Under the pieces are notes generated by a model. It worked only from the letters and a program-made list of their open reading frames with translations, was not told where the DNA came from and ran no database searches. Source: Candidatus Kaiserbacteria bacterium (GTDB lineage: Bacteria; Patescibacteriota; Minisyncoccia; Phycocordibacterales; Phycocordibacteraceae). From it: 64,000 bases of DNA. Of the stretch, positions 48,105 to 56,478 are shown piece after piece; position 1 is the stretch's first letter; each line of letters begins with the position of its first letter. A program made the translations under genes and the position numbers. Location of the stretch: contig JAHFMN010000002.1 of the NCBI GenBank assembly GCA_023264445.1, forward strand, positions 2,365-66,364. Reading direction: 5' to 3'.

Positions 48105-49191
48105 ACGAGTGGACGTGATCGCGTAGTGCGAGGCCGATTGCAGTGGCGTAGGAAAGCGATTCGGTGTAATCAAGTGTCGGAATCCACGTGTCACGTGAGG
48201 CGAGATTCGTGAAGACATCGCCGGCAGACACTGGGACCTGTAGTGCACCTTCGAGATATTCGGGAAGGCCGCGCACTGAAGCGTTGCCGCCGGCAAGAAT
48301 CACGCGCTCGACCGGCACATGTCCGGGAAGCGTCGCCTTGCTTTGCCAATACTCGAGCCGTCGTGCAATCTCATCACGAATAGCGGAAACGGTTGAGAGC
48401 ATGGCGGCAAGATAATCTTCGTTCCCGGGAGTCGGTACGATGCCTCGTTCCGCTTTTACTGTGCGGGCTTCGGCTTCCGTCACGCCGAAATGTTTCTGTA
48501 CCGCGAGCGTAAGCGCGTGGCCACCGATACCGATCGTCGCGGCGAAACGCGGTATCCGCTCTGTAACGATGGCAAGTTTCGTCGTCGTCTTTCCTACATC
48601 GATAAGAAGCGCAGTCGATGTATCTCCTCTAGGAAGCAGCGCGCGTGCCATCGCGAATGTCTCTCCCTCGAGCACACGCACTCCGATACCCGCTTCATCA
48701 AATACAGAGAGGGTGTCGTCGACGATTCTTCGGGCGAAACCGATACCCGCGATGCGCACCTCGCCTTGCGCACCCTGCCCCACCTCGACAAGATCGAAAG
48801 AGGTTTCCGGCGGCGGGAGCGGTATGAGCTCATCGAGATGCTGTTCGACCGCCACGCGCCACTCTTCTTTCTTCGTGCCAGTAGCCGTCGTCTCAAAAAG
48901 ATACGATTTCGATTCCGGCAATGAGACTACTGCAGTGGAAATGCCGGCTGTCCGCGCGGCGGTGGTGAGCGCTTCTATGATTGCTGTACGATTTACAATC
49001 TCTCCGTCGGTGAAGACACCGAGCGGCAACCGCACTTGCGAGTATCGTTCGAGAGTGAGGCCATGAGCCCCTTCTGCCAGGCGTGCTATCTTGACGCCGC
49101 TTGTTGAAATATCAATACCAGAGAGCGGTGGCACCAGATATCGCGGCGGCGCGAAGATGGCACGCGTACGCTCACCGAAAACGGATGACAT
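48097..49191 (-). CDS. pilM: Type IV pilus assembly protein PilM
   Basis: GIDIS..GVK, IDVGKTTT, ILAGGNA..GL, YATAIGLALR (actin-like fold). Confidence 0.9.
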   Translation of the reverse strand: MSSVFGERTRAIFAPPRYLVPPLSGIDISTSGVKIARLAEGAHGLTLERYSQVRLPLGVFTDGEIVNRTAIIEALTTAARTAGISTAVVSLPESKSYLFETTATGTKKEEWRVAVEQHLDELIPLPPPETSFDLVEVGQGAQGEVRIAGIGFARRIVDDTLSVFDEAGIGVRVLEGETFAMARALLPRGDTSTALLIDVGKTTTKLAIVTERIPRFAATIGIGGHALTLAVQKHFGVTEAEARTVKAERGIVPTPGNEDYLAAMLSTVSAIRDEIARRLEYWQSKATLPGHVPVERVILAGGNASVRGLPEYLEGALQVPVSAGDVFTNLASRDTWIPTLDYTESLSYATAIGLALRDHVHSYA

Positions 49192-49227
49192 GCACCAAGT
49201 ATAGCGCGTGCGAAGCGGCTTCGTATC

Positions 49228-49572
49228 CTAATGTGCACTGGTTCCGGGCGGTATGTCTCTATCCGGTGTCAGGAATGCGAACGTCTCATCCGTACCGACT
49301 GCAAAAAGCATGCCATTACTCTCGAATCCGCGTATGGTACGCGGCTCGAGATTCGTGACAAATGCAAGCTGGCGACCAATAAGCGACTCTGGCTCAGAAA
49401 CATACGCAGCAATACCGGAAATAATTTGTCGTGGACCCGTTTCCTCCCCGAAATCGACCATCAGGCGCAGAAGCTTATCGGTCTCGGGCACGCGTTCGGC
49501 ACTTCGTACCGTACCGACCCGCACCTCTATTTTCCCGAATTCGTCAATTGAAATGCGTGGTTTATTGTCCAT
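49228..49572 (-). CDS. Stand-alone tRNA-binding (Trbp111/MetRS-C) domain
   Basis: RVGTV..AE....DKLL.L.VDFG, RQIISGI, NLEPR.I.G.ESNGM motifs. Confidence 0.92.
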   Translation of the reverse strand: MDNKPRISIDEFGKIEVRVGTVRSAERVPETDKLLRLMVDFGEETGPRQIISGIAAYVSEPESLIGRQLAFVTNLEPRTIRGFESNGMLFAVGTDETFAFLTPDRDIPPGTSAH

Positions 49573-49978
49573 GATTGGTATGCGAAAGGTAGCTCGTAAG
49601 TATGAGCGCGGCAGCGGAAGCATCCACATCCGCGTGGGGCTTCGCCGCGCGTGATTTCATCTCTTTTCCCGGGGCACGGCGGGCTTCGGCGGTGGTAAAC
49701 ACTTCTGATTCGTAAAACACGGGTACACCCGCACGCTCGCCGAGCTGCTCGCCGAGCGTGCGGGCGCCTTTCACTATCGGATTCTCACCGCCCGCGAGCG
49801 TACGCGATTCTCCGATGACCACTGCGCCAATATTCTCCTTTGCGATAAGCGCGCACAGCTCATCCACGAGGCGTGGAGTGTTCGCCACGATGTTGTGCGG
49901 AAAACCCATCGTGCCTGCCTCGTCCGAGAGTGCAAGACCCACCTTCTTATGACCATAATCCACGCCGAGATACCGCAT
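49562..49978 (-). CDS. ruvX: YqgF/RuvX-family nuclease
   Basis: LGVDYG.KKVGLALSD, E.FTT, D.SAAALIL motifs. Confidence 0.93.
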   Translation of the reverse strand: MRYLGVDYGHKKVGLALSDEAGTMGFPHNIVANTPRLVDELCALIAKENIGAVVIGESRTLAGGENPIVKGARTLGEQLGERAGVPVFYESEVFTTAEARRAPGKEMKSRAAKPHADVDASAAALILTSYLSHTNHGQ

Positions 49979-50007
49979 GTGACCAGTGTATGGTATAATG
50001 AGCTTCT

Positions 50008-50283
50008 ATGCACGACTACTCGCCGTTTTATTCTCCCTTCGCTCCTGCACTTCTCGGGGCGCTCATTCCGCTTCTTGTCGTTGTCGCGGCCTGGACCGTC
50101 ATTATCAAAGGATATGCTCTCTGGCACGCCGCACGCAACAGCCAGAAAGGCTGGTTCATCGCCCTCCTCATCGTCAACACGCTCGGCATCCTTGAAGTCG
50201 TCTATCTCATTTGGTTCCGCCCAGATGCTTCAAACATTATCGGTTCGCAGACGCCTGCGAAAGAATCATCACCGCAGGCGTAG
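50008..50283 (+). CDS. DUF5652-like small membrane protein
   Basis: W...KGYALWHAARN.QK.WFIALLIVNTLGILE motif. Confidence 0.85.
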   Translation: MHDYSPFYSPFAPALLGALIPLLVVVAAWTVIIKGYALWHAARNSQKGWFIALLIVNTLGILEVVYLIWFRPDASNIIGSQTPAKESSPQA

Positions 50284-50290
50284 TAACGAA

Positions 50291-50380
50291 GGAAGGGTGG
50301 CAGAGCGGTCTAATGCACCGGTCTTGAAAACCGGAGTCTCCTTACGGGGACCGTGAGTTCGAATCTCACCCCTTCCGCCA
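50291..50380 (+). tRNA. tRNA-Ser(TGA)
   Basis: Long variable arm, loop CT-TGA-AA, GCCA end. Confidence 0.96.
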
Positions 50381-50404
50381 TATTTCTGGTGCTATACTTT
50401 TCCA

Positions 50405-50878
50405 ATGAATCGCGCGGTCCTTTTAGAATGGGAAGGGAGAGAATACGACCATAATCCGAAGCATAGCGACTGGTATTGGGCGCTTGGCATCATCGCAGTC
50501 GCCGGTGCGCTTGCCGCAATACTCTTCGGGAATTACCTCCTTGCTGTGCTCATCATCATCGCGACTGGCGCGCTCGCTCTCCACGCCGCCAAAGAGCCAC
50601 CTTTGCATCGCTTTAGTCTGGTTGAGCAGGGTATCGTCATCGGGGACGAATTACATCCATTTGAACGGATGATTTCATTCTCTGTCCTTGAAGATGTCGA
50701 GGGAGCCCTTGCGCCCATGCTCTCTATCAAGACTGAAAGCTGGTTCTCACCACATCTCATCATCCCGCTTGAGGGCGTTGACCCCGACACCGTGTACGCA
50801 TATTTTCTCCAGCGTGTTGATGAAGATGAACACCATCACACGTTCGTTGACTTGGTGGCGGCGTGGCTCGGGTTCTGA
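50405..50878 (+). CDS. Conserved membrane protein (two TMs + PH-like domain)
   Basis: LEW...EY...PK..DWYW motif and C-terminal LGF. Confidence 0.8.
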   Translation: MNRAVLLEWEGREYDHNPKHSDWYWALGIIAVAGALAAILFGNYLLAVLIIIATGALALHAAKEPPLHRFSLVEQGIVIGDELHPFERMISFSVLEDVEGALAPMLSIKTESWFSPHLIIPLEGVDPDTVYAYFLQRVDEDEHHHTFVDLVAAWLGF

Positions 50879-50893
50879 TATACATTCAGTATT

Positions 50894-50973
50894 GCTCCCG
50901 TATCTTCTCGGATTCGATACGTGAGCTCGTTCGGAGAGTTAAGAATCCGAGGATGCACCTACTTCCTCACTAC
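50894..50973 (+). repeat. tRNA 5' leader element, copy 1
   Basis: Homologous to 55691-55772; begins with a near-copy of the tRNA 5' end. Confidence 0.75.
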
Positions 50974-51045
50974 GCTCTCGTCGTTCAACGGATAGGACAC
51001 CGGCTTGCGGAGCCGGCAATAGAGGTTCGATTCCTCTCGAGAGCA
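50974..51045 (+). tRNA. tRNA-Arg(GCG)
   Basis: Anticodon arm CCGGC-TT-GCG-GA-GCCGG. Confidence 0.93.
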
Positions 51046-51079
51046 CTGAATTCGTTTTAGAGTTAGGATTGAAAAGTTC

Positions 51080-51154
51080 GCTCTCGTCGTTCAATGGATA
51101 GGACACCTCCCTCCGAAGGAGGAGATACAGGTTCGATTCCTGTTGAGAGCACCA
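51080..51154 (+). tRNA. tRNA-Arg(CCG)
   Basis: Anticodon arm CCTCC-CT-CCG-AA-GGAGG, encoded CCA. Confidence 0.96.
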
Positions 51155-51341
51155 AATGTATGACAAAGTCATACAGAGAAAACGGCTCTTACGAGCTGTT
51201 TTCTCTTTGGCAATTTTTGAATGCCTGGCACACCCCAAGAGGACATCGAACTTCTCTACGATGCACTTACTAGTTTTATTGTTTGGTTAAAAGAAAGAGC
51301 ATCCCGGAGGATGCTCTGCGATGTTCATTCTGCACGCGACA

Positions 51342-51509
51342 TCAGGCAGTTGTGCCTGTCGTGCCCTGCTCAGCGTTGTGGTTTGCCACGACCTTCTCGA
51401 TGGCATCGGCCAATATCTCGGCCGCACCGGCGATAGCTTTCTCGCTCGTGCCCGGCGGGACCAGCTCCCTGATATCGTCAGTGACTTTCTGCAAAAGCTC
51501 CGGATTCAT
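51342..51509 (-). CDS. 55-aa hypothetical protein (not in the ORF track)
   Basis: GGAGG SD; MNPELLQKVTDDIRELVPPGTSEKAIAGAAEILADAIEKVV. Confidence 0.6.
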   Translation of the reverse strand: MNPELLQKVTDDIRELVPPGTSEKAIAGAAEILADAIEKVVANHNAEQGTTGTTA

Positions 51510-51670
51510 ATGTCCTCCAATCGTTATAGAAGCCTGGGGTTGAACCTCTCCCCATACAGTACTATCTCAAAACGAGTGGTCAAGAGGACGCATGCGCAGC
51601 TACAAGAATGTGCGCCCCACGCACATTTACCCGCCGTGCGCTCCTCGGCATCAGGAGCGACACTCTTTGC

Positions 51671-51844
51671 ATGACATGTCGTGTCGCATTCACCATATCG
51701 TTGCCACCCGACTTGGCGAGGAAGCTAGCTGAGGGCATGGATCGGGAGCACCGCACCCGGTCGGAGTTCGTGCGGGAGGCCATTCGCCAATATCTTTCCT
51801 CCCATGAGGAAAGATATTCCAAAGATATCGCCCCTCGTTCGTGA
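51671..51844 (+). CDS. Ribbon-helix-helix (CopG-like) protein
   Basis: FTISLPPDLARKL.......RTRSEFVREAIRQYL. Confidence 0.8.
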   Translation: MTCRVAFTISLPPDLARKLAEGMDREHRTRSEFVREAIRQYLSSHEERYSKDIAPRS

Positions 51845-51989
51845 GCTCATGCCAGGAGCAACAGAGGAAGAGTTGCAAGAGGCAACTGAGAACCTGCGTG
51901 CCTACCTAGCGGTGGCCTACAGGATCTTCAGGAGGCTGGAAGCTGAAAAAAGCGGAACGAACGAGGATAGCGATTTGGACGGCGTGTAG
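51804..51989 (+). CDS. Small hypothetical protein
   Basis: LVRELMPGATEEELQEATENLRAYL; overlaps the RHH gene. Confidence 0.6.
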   Translation: MRKDIPKISPLVRELMPGATEEELQEATENLRAYLAVAYRIFRRLEAEKSGTNEDSDLDGV

Positions 51990-52182
51990 CAGGTGCTACA
52001 TCCTGAGAGAGTTCGGCAGCATCGGCCGGGCGCTCTTTGTCTATGACCGCATCATAAATCTTCTCTACGAACTTGCGACGTTTACACTGTTTAGTTCGAG
52101 GTCTGTCCCGAAACGGTGCACAAATTGATTGACTTTCCCGGATGCTAAAGTTGGAGAGGAATCCTTACCTAGGAGACGAGTC

Positions 52183-52434
52183 ATGGACGATCCTGTCCTT
52201 GTTTCCGCAGAGCGTTGGTGGAAGAAACTCCACAACCCTCTCGGCGCAACATTCCGCATCACCTTTGCTGGGCGTCCGAAGCCAGTCATCCCGTCGGATC
52301 GGGAGATTGTGCAGAGCGTCGTCGCAACGGTCGCATCAGATGAAGTGAGTCTTCATCAAGGTCACTTCATCACCGAAGACGATGTCGCGAAGCTTAGGGC
52401 CGAAGTTCTCGCACACGATTTTCAACGGAAGTAA
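52183..52434 (+). CDS. Small hypothetical protein
   Basis: AGGAG SD before ATG 52183; terminator AGGAGCACCC-AC-GGGTGCTCCT downstream. Confidence 0.55.
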   Translation: MDDPVLVSAERWWKKLHNPLGATFRITFAGRPKPVIPSDREIVQSVVATVASDEVSLHQGHFITEDDVAKLRAEVLAHDFQRK

Positions 52435-52490
52435 GGGAAAGATCCCGACAACAGAGGAGCACCCACGGGTGCTCCTTCTTACTTTAGGGA

Positions 52491-52757
52491 TTAACCCTGA
52501 GCGCGTTTGAGAGCGGCGGCGAGGCGCGCTTTCTTGCGGTCGGCGGTGTTGCCCTTGATGACGCCGCGCTTCATCGCCTTGTCGATTGCCTTGTAGGCCG
52601 CGGGGAGGAGCTTTTCAGCACCTTTTACGTCCTTAGTGGCAAGCGCCTTCATGAACGACTTGGTCGTATCGTAGAGTGCGTCCTTGCGGCGCAGATTGAA
52701 AACATGCTTCCGTGCCGCAGAGCGGATCGCTTTCTTTGCCGAACTAGTAATAGCCAT
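52491..52757 (-). CDS. rpsT: 30S ribosomal protein S20
   Basis: SAKKAIR, IDKAMKRGVIK.NTADRKKARL motifs. Confidence 0.97.
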   Translation of the reverse strand: MAITSSAKKAIRSAARKHVFNLRRKDALYDTTKSFMKALATKDVKGAEKLLPAAYKAIDKAMKRGVIKGNTADRKKARLAAALKRAQG

Positions 52758-52815
52758 AGGTACTCCATATATACGTCATCTCCCCAATGAGTGCAAATGG
52801 TAGTACGATAGCAGC

Positions 52816-53358
52816 ATGATTCGGCAGATACGCGGGAAGGTACTCTCTGTGGGGCCTGTGCATGCGATCATCGAAGTCGCTGGATTCGGAATTGAGGTAC
52901 GCATGTGTGCGCCTGACACTCTTTCTATCGGCAGCGAGGCAACTCTTGCGACGCATCTCGCCGTCAAACAAGACGGGATGGATCTCTACGGCTTCCTCGA
53001 TGCGGCTGACCGTGATTTCTTTGAGCGCATCATCTCCGTTTCGGGTATAGGGCCGAAAACTGCACTCTCAGTATTGCGCAAAGCACCTCGTGAGGCGCTT
53101 GAAGGCGCTATCGGTAAGCGTGATCTCAGCTACCTGACCAAGGTCGTCGGGCTCGGCAAGAAAAGCGCAGAGAAAATGCTTGCGGAACTTGCAGACAAGA
53201 TCGGTCCTCATTCGCATGACGGCGCGGACGGTGAAGTGTTTGATACGCTCGTTGCGCTCGGTTATACCGAACGTGAGGCACGCCGGGCACTTCAAGATAT
53301 TCCGAAAGAGGCCGTTGGTAAGGAGGCGCGGTTGAAGGCCGCGCTTTCCCGCTCATAA
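52816..53358 (+). CDS. ruvA: Holliday junction branch migration protein RuvA
   Basis: LYGF, VSGIGPKTAL, GLGKKSAE, LVALGY motifs. Confidence 0.96.
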   Translation: MIRQIRGKVLSVGPVHAIIEVAGFGIEVRMCAPDTLSIGSEATLATHLAVKQDGMDLYGFLDAADRDFFERIISVSGIGPKTALSVLRKAPREALEGAIGKRDLSYLTKVVGLGKKSAEKMLAELADKIGPHSHDGADGEVFDTLVALGYTEREARRALQDIPKEAVGKEARLKAALSRS

Positions 53359-53366
53359 GACATTGC

Positions 53367-54644
53367 ATGTACGAATTGGTTAATCGTTTTGTTCGCGTAT
53401 TAAAGAAAATCCTGCCGGGGTGGGTTGTACGGCCATTTCTACCTCTTTACCATGGTGCGCTTGCCTTTCTCTTAGCTCTCTCCTATGGCTTCCCTGCCCG
53501 CTCACTCACCGTCATCGGCATCACGGGGACCAAAGGGAAATCGACTACCGCTGAAATGGTCTTTTCAATCCTACGTAAAGCCGGGCACCGAACGGCACTC
53601 CTTTCTACTATCCGATTCGCGATTGAAGACCATTCAGAGCCAAATCTTTTCAAGATGACGCTCGCGGGGCGCGGATTCGCGCAGGCATTCATGCGCCGTG
53701 CGCTTGATGCGGGATGTACGCATCTTGTTGTTGAAATAACGTCTGAAAGCGTCCTACAGTACCGGCACTGGTTCTTAAATCTTGATGGGCTCATTGTGAC
53801 AAATGTGCAGCGTGAACACATAGAACGACATGGCTCATTTGCACATTATGTCGCGGCCAAACGCATCATCGTGGATACGCTTGCGCGCTCACCCAAGCGC
53901 AAACGCGTACTGATTGCAAACGATGACATCCCTGAAAGCCATGCGTTTCTCGCACGACGTGGACTGACAGCGATCGGATTTAGTGCACAAGAGCTTGCAC
54001 ATCTGTCTGCAGACGATCAGAGTATCCGTTTTGAGTACAGTGGTGTGCACTTCGTTGTCCCTCTACCGGGCACTTTTTCTGCAATGAACGCGCTTGCTGC
54101 AATAAAACTCTGCGAAGCGTTCGGCGTCCCGCTTACTATTGCCGCAGCAGCACTTGCCGCTCTGCCGATTGTACGCGGCCGCATGGAACGCATTGAAGCG
54201 GGTCAAAACTTTCTTGTCATCGTTGATTACGCTCATACACCGGATTCGCTCCGGGCGCTCTATAGCGCCTTTCCAAAACAGCGGAAGATTTGTGTCCTTG
54301 GGAATACCGGAGGGGGACGCGACGCATGGAAACGACCGGAGATGGGCAACATTGCTGACGAAGCATGTGAAAAAGTCATCCTCACAAATGAAGACCCGTA
54401 CGACGAAGACCCTCGCGCAATTCTCGACGCAATGACACGCGATATGAAACGCGCTCCTACTATCGTCCTCGATCGGCGCGAAGCTATTCGCGCCGCGCTT
54501 GCCTCAGCGAGCGCGGGCGATGCTGTTCTCATTTCCGGAAAAGGCACCGACCCATTCATCATGTCCGCAAACGGAACGAAGATACCGTGGAGTGATGCAC
54601 AGGTCGCCCGCGAGGAACTTGAACGGCTTCTCCCAGAAGTTTGA
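53367..54644 (+). CDS. murE: MurE-like Mur ligase
   Basis: GITGTKGKST, VRGRME, VDYAHTPD, TNEDPY, GKG motifs. Confidence 0.85.
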   Translation: MYELVNRFVRVLKKILPGWVVRPFLPLYHGALAFLLALSYGFPARSLTVIGITGTKGKSTTAEMVFSILRKAGHRTALLSTIRFAIEDHSEPNLFKMTLAGRGFAQAFMRRALDAGCTHLVVEITSESVLQYRHWFLNLDGLIVTNVQREHIERHGSFAHYVAAKRIIVDTLARSPKRKRVLIANDDIPESHAFLARRGLTAIGFSAQELAHLSADDQSIRFEYSGVHFVVPLPGTFSAMNALAAIKLCEAFGVPLTIAAAALAALPIVRGRMERIEAGQNFLVIVDYAHTPDSLRALYSAFPKQRKICVLGNTGGGRDAWKRPEMGNIADEACEKVILTNEDPYDEDPRAILDAMTRDMKRAPTIVLDRREAIRAALASASAGDAVLISGKGTDPFIMSANGTKIPWSDAQVAREELERLLPEV

Positions 54645-54656
54645 TACTATTGCCAT

Positions 54657-55607
54657 ATGGAGCATGATGCATGGTTTTTCATAGGCGTTTTCGTCTTCAT
54701 ATTCCTCATGTGGATCGCGACTGGTGGACCCCTTCACCCCATCGCATTTACCGGACCATCGCTTGCAGAGCCGCAGGAGCTCGGCGGCGGTACCTATCTC
54801 CAGCTTCCTCGAGCGCCATTTGGCATCGGTGGTACGAATATTTCCTTGCCGGGTTCCTCAAGTGGTGGTGGCGCGGTTACTAATTCAGGAGCATCTCTTC
54901 CCACATTGACGGGGGGCACCTTCGGCACGCTCTCCCCCTATCGTGGCATCGTTCGGATGAATCACTATGTATCGAGCGCCGGCGCCACAGATCCCAAAAA
55001 CGAATATGTAGAAATTTCCGTCGCTCAAGATGCCCGGGTGCCGATTAATCTTTCCGGGTGGAGGCTGCAGAGCGATGCGAGCGGCAAGACGGTTGCTATT
55101 CCGAAAGGGACCGAGCTTCCGATCGGCGGGACGATAAATGAAGCGCAAGACATCGTGCTTGTGCCCGGCGCGCGTGCAATCATTGTTTCCGGCCGTTCTC
55201 CAATCGGCGCTTCCTTCCGGGAAAATAAATGCATCGGTTATTTCGGTACGTTCCAGACGTTTTATCCACCTCTTCCACAGAACTGCCCAGCGCCCTCGGA
55301 TGAACTTTCTTCTTTCTATGGGCCTGGGTACATCAGCGATGCCGCTTGCATAGAATACGTGCGCACGATTCCCCGCTGCCAAGTCACACTTACTCCCCCC
55401 GCGAATGCTTCGGGTGCGTGCCAGAATTTCATAGTAAAATACTTCAACTACAACGGCTGCATCGATGCACATAAGAATGATGCTGCCTTCGAAGGCGACA
55501 CATGGCGTATCTACCTTGGCCGCACCACGTCCTTATGGCTCGCCAGATATGAAATCGTGAAGCTGCTCGACGGCAATGGCAAAACGGTAGACGCGTTCAG
55601 CTACTAA
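54657..55607 (+). CDS. Membrane-anchored protein with a lamin-tail-like domain
   Basis: NEYVEI..INLSGW.L, FRENKCIGY, L.D.NGK.VD.FSY motifs. Confidence 0.75.
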   Translation: MEHDAWFFIGVFVFIFLMWIATGGPLHPIAFTGPSLAEPQELGGGTYLQLPRAPFGIGGTNISLPGSSSGGGAVTNSGASLPTLTGGTFGTLSPYRGIVRMNHYVSSAGATDPKNEYVEISVAQDARVPINLSGWRLQSDASGKTVAIPKGTELPIGGTINEAQDIVLVPGARAIIVSGRSPIGASFRENKCIGYFGTFQTFYPPLPQNCPAPSDELSSFYGPGYISDAACIEYVRTIPRCQVTLTPPANASGACQNFIVKYFNYNGCIDAHKNDAAFEGDTWRIYLGRTTSLWLARYEIVKLLDGNGKTVDAFSY

Positions 55608-55617
55608 TCTAAAGGGG

Positions 55618-55690
55618 TGCGCCCAGATGGATTCGAACCATCGACCAACGGCTTAAAAGGCCGCTGCTCTACCAACTGAGCTATGGGCGC
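55618..55690 (-). tRNA. tRNA-Lys(TTT)
   Basis: Cloverleaf, loop CT-TTT-AA. Confidence 0.96.
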
Positions 55691-55772
55691 GAACTGAGGA
55701 AGAATGAATGCATCCTCGGATTCTTTCTCTCCAAACGAGCGCTCATATCGATCCGGGAAGATATGGGCGCGA
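55691..55772 (-). repeat. tRNA 5' leader element, copy 2
   Basis: Homologous to 50894-50973; TATGGGCGCGA repeated at 55682 and 55762. Confidence 0.75.
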
Positions 55773-55791
55773 TTTTTATAACGTACTCTTT

Positions 55792-56478
55792 TTAAAGAGA
55801 AAGCGCAAAACGTTCAAGGGAAAGAGACAGGTCAAGACCACCGCGACGAGAGTCTTGAAGAAGTTTGATAAGAGCAAGCGAGAGTTGCCGCGATTCTTCT
55901 TGCTTCCACACGCGACTCCCCTTCTCCATAAGATCGCGCGCCTTCCAGTGCAAAAGTCCATGCAGCATCTCTGGCGCATCGCCCGCGGCGAGCGCTTGAT
56001 TGACTTCAAGCCAGAGCTTCTCACGGCTGCGCGCGGCAAGTGCATTCACTAGGTTTGTATTGAATCCGCGTGCGGCCTCGCGTGGAATAGCTGCATCAAA
56101 CGTATACGTCATTTTCGCCTTCGCCGCTATCTTCTTCGCCTTTGCTGCAAGCAGTTTCGGCGCAAGGATAACTATTGCGTTATCGGAAGCGGCAAGCTGA
56201 TCGAGATGTTCCTCGAGAATCCCCGTAGCATCTTCATCACTCCCTTCGTCTTCTGCTGCTGTCCGTTTAGACGGAAATGGGTCATCTATCAGTATGAGGA
56301 GGCGTTGTACAAAAAGGCCTCCCGAAAGCGCTGCATCCTCGAGCGCGGCGTGCGAGAGCTCCTCGCGCGCAAGCCGCACGTATGCAAGGTTTGGCTCTTT
56401 CATGCGGGCTTTTGCTACCCATTCAAAGGCCTTGGTGCGCACCTTCTCAACTTCAGAACCGTGGAAAAGATATATCAT
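55792..56478 (-). CDS. holA: DNA polymerase III delta-like subunit (shortened)
   Basis: MIYLFHG, GLF...L motif, C-terminal LERFAL; coupled to polA. Confidence 0.7.
   Translation of the reverse strand: MIYLFHGSEVEKVRTKAFEWVAKARMKEPNLAYVRLAREELSHAALEDAALSGGLFVQRLLILIDDPFPSKRTAAEDEGSDEDATGILEEHLDQLAASDNAIVILAPKLLAAKAKKIAAKAKMTYTFDAAIPREAARGFNTNLVNALAARSREKLWLEVNQALAAGDAPEMLHGLLHWKARDLMEKGSRVWKQEESRQLSLALIKLLQDSRRGGLDLSLSLERFALSL

Larger units (their letters stand above)
51155..52122. mobile_element. Mini gene cassette at tRNA-Arg(CCG)
   Basis: Spacer hairpins, inverted ATCGAACTT site and distal AGTTCGAG...ACGGTGCAC site homologous to the tRNA-Arg(TCT) cassettes. Confidence 0.65.
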
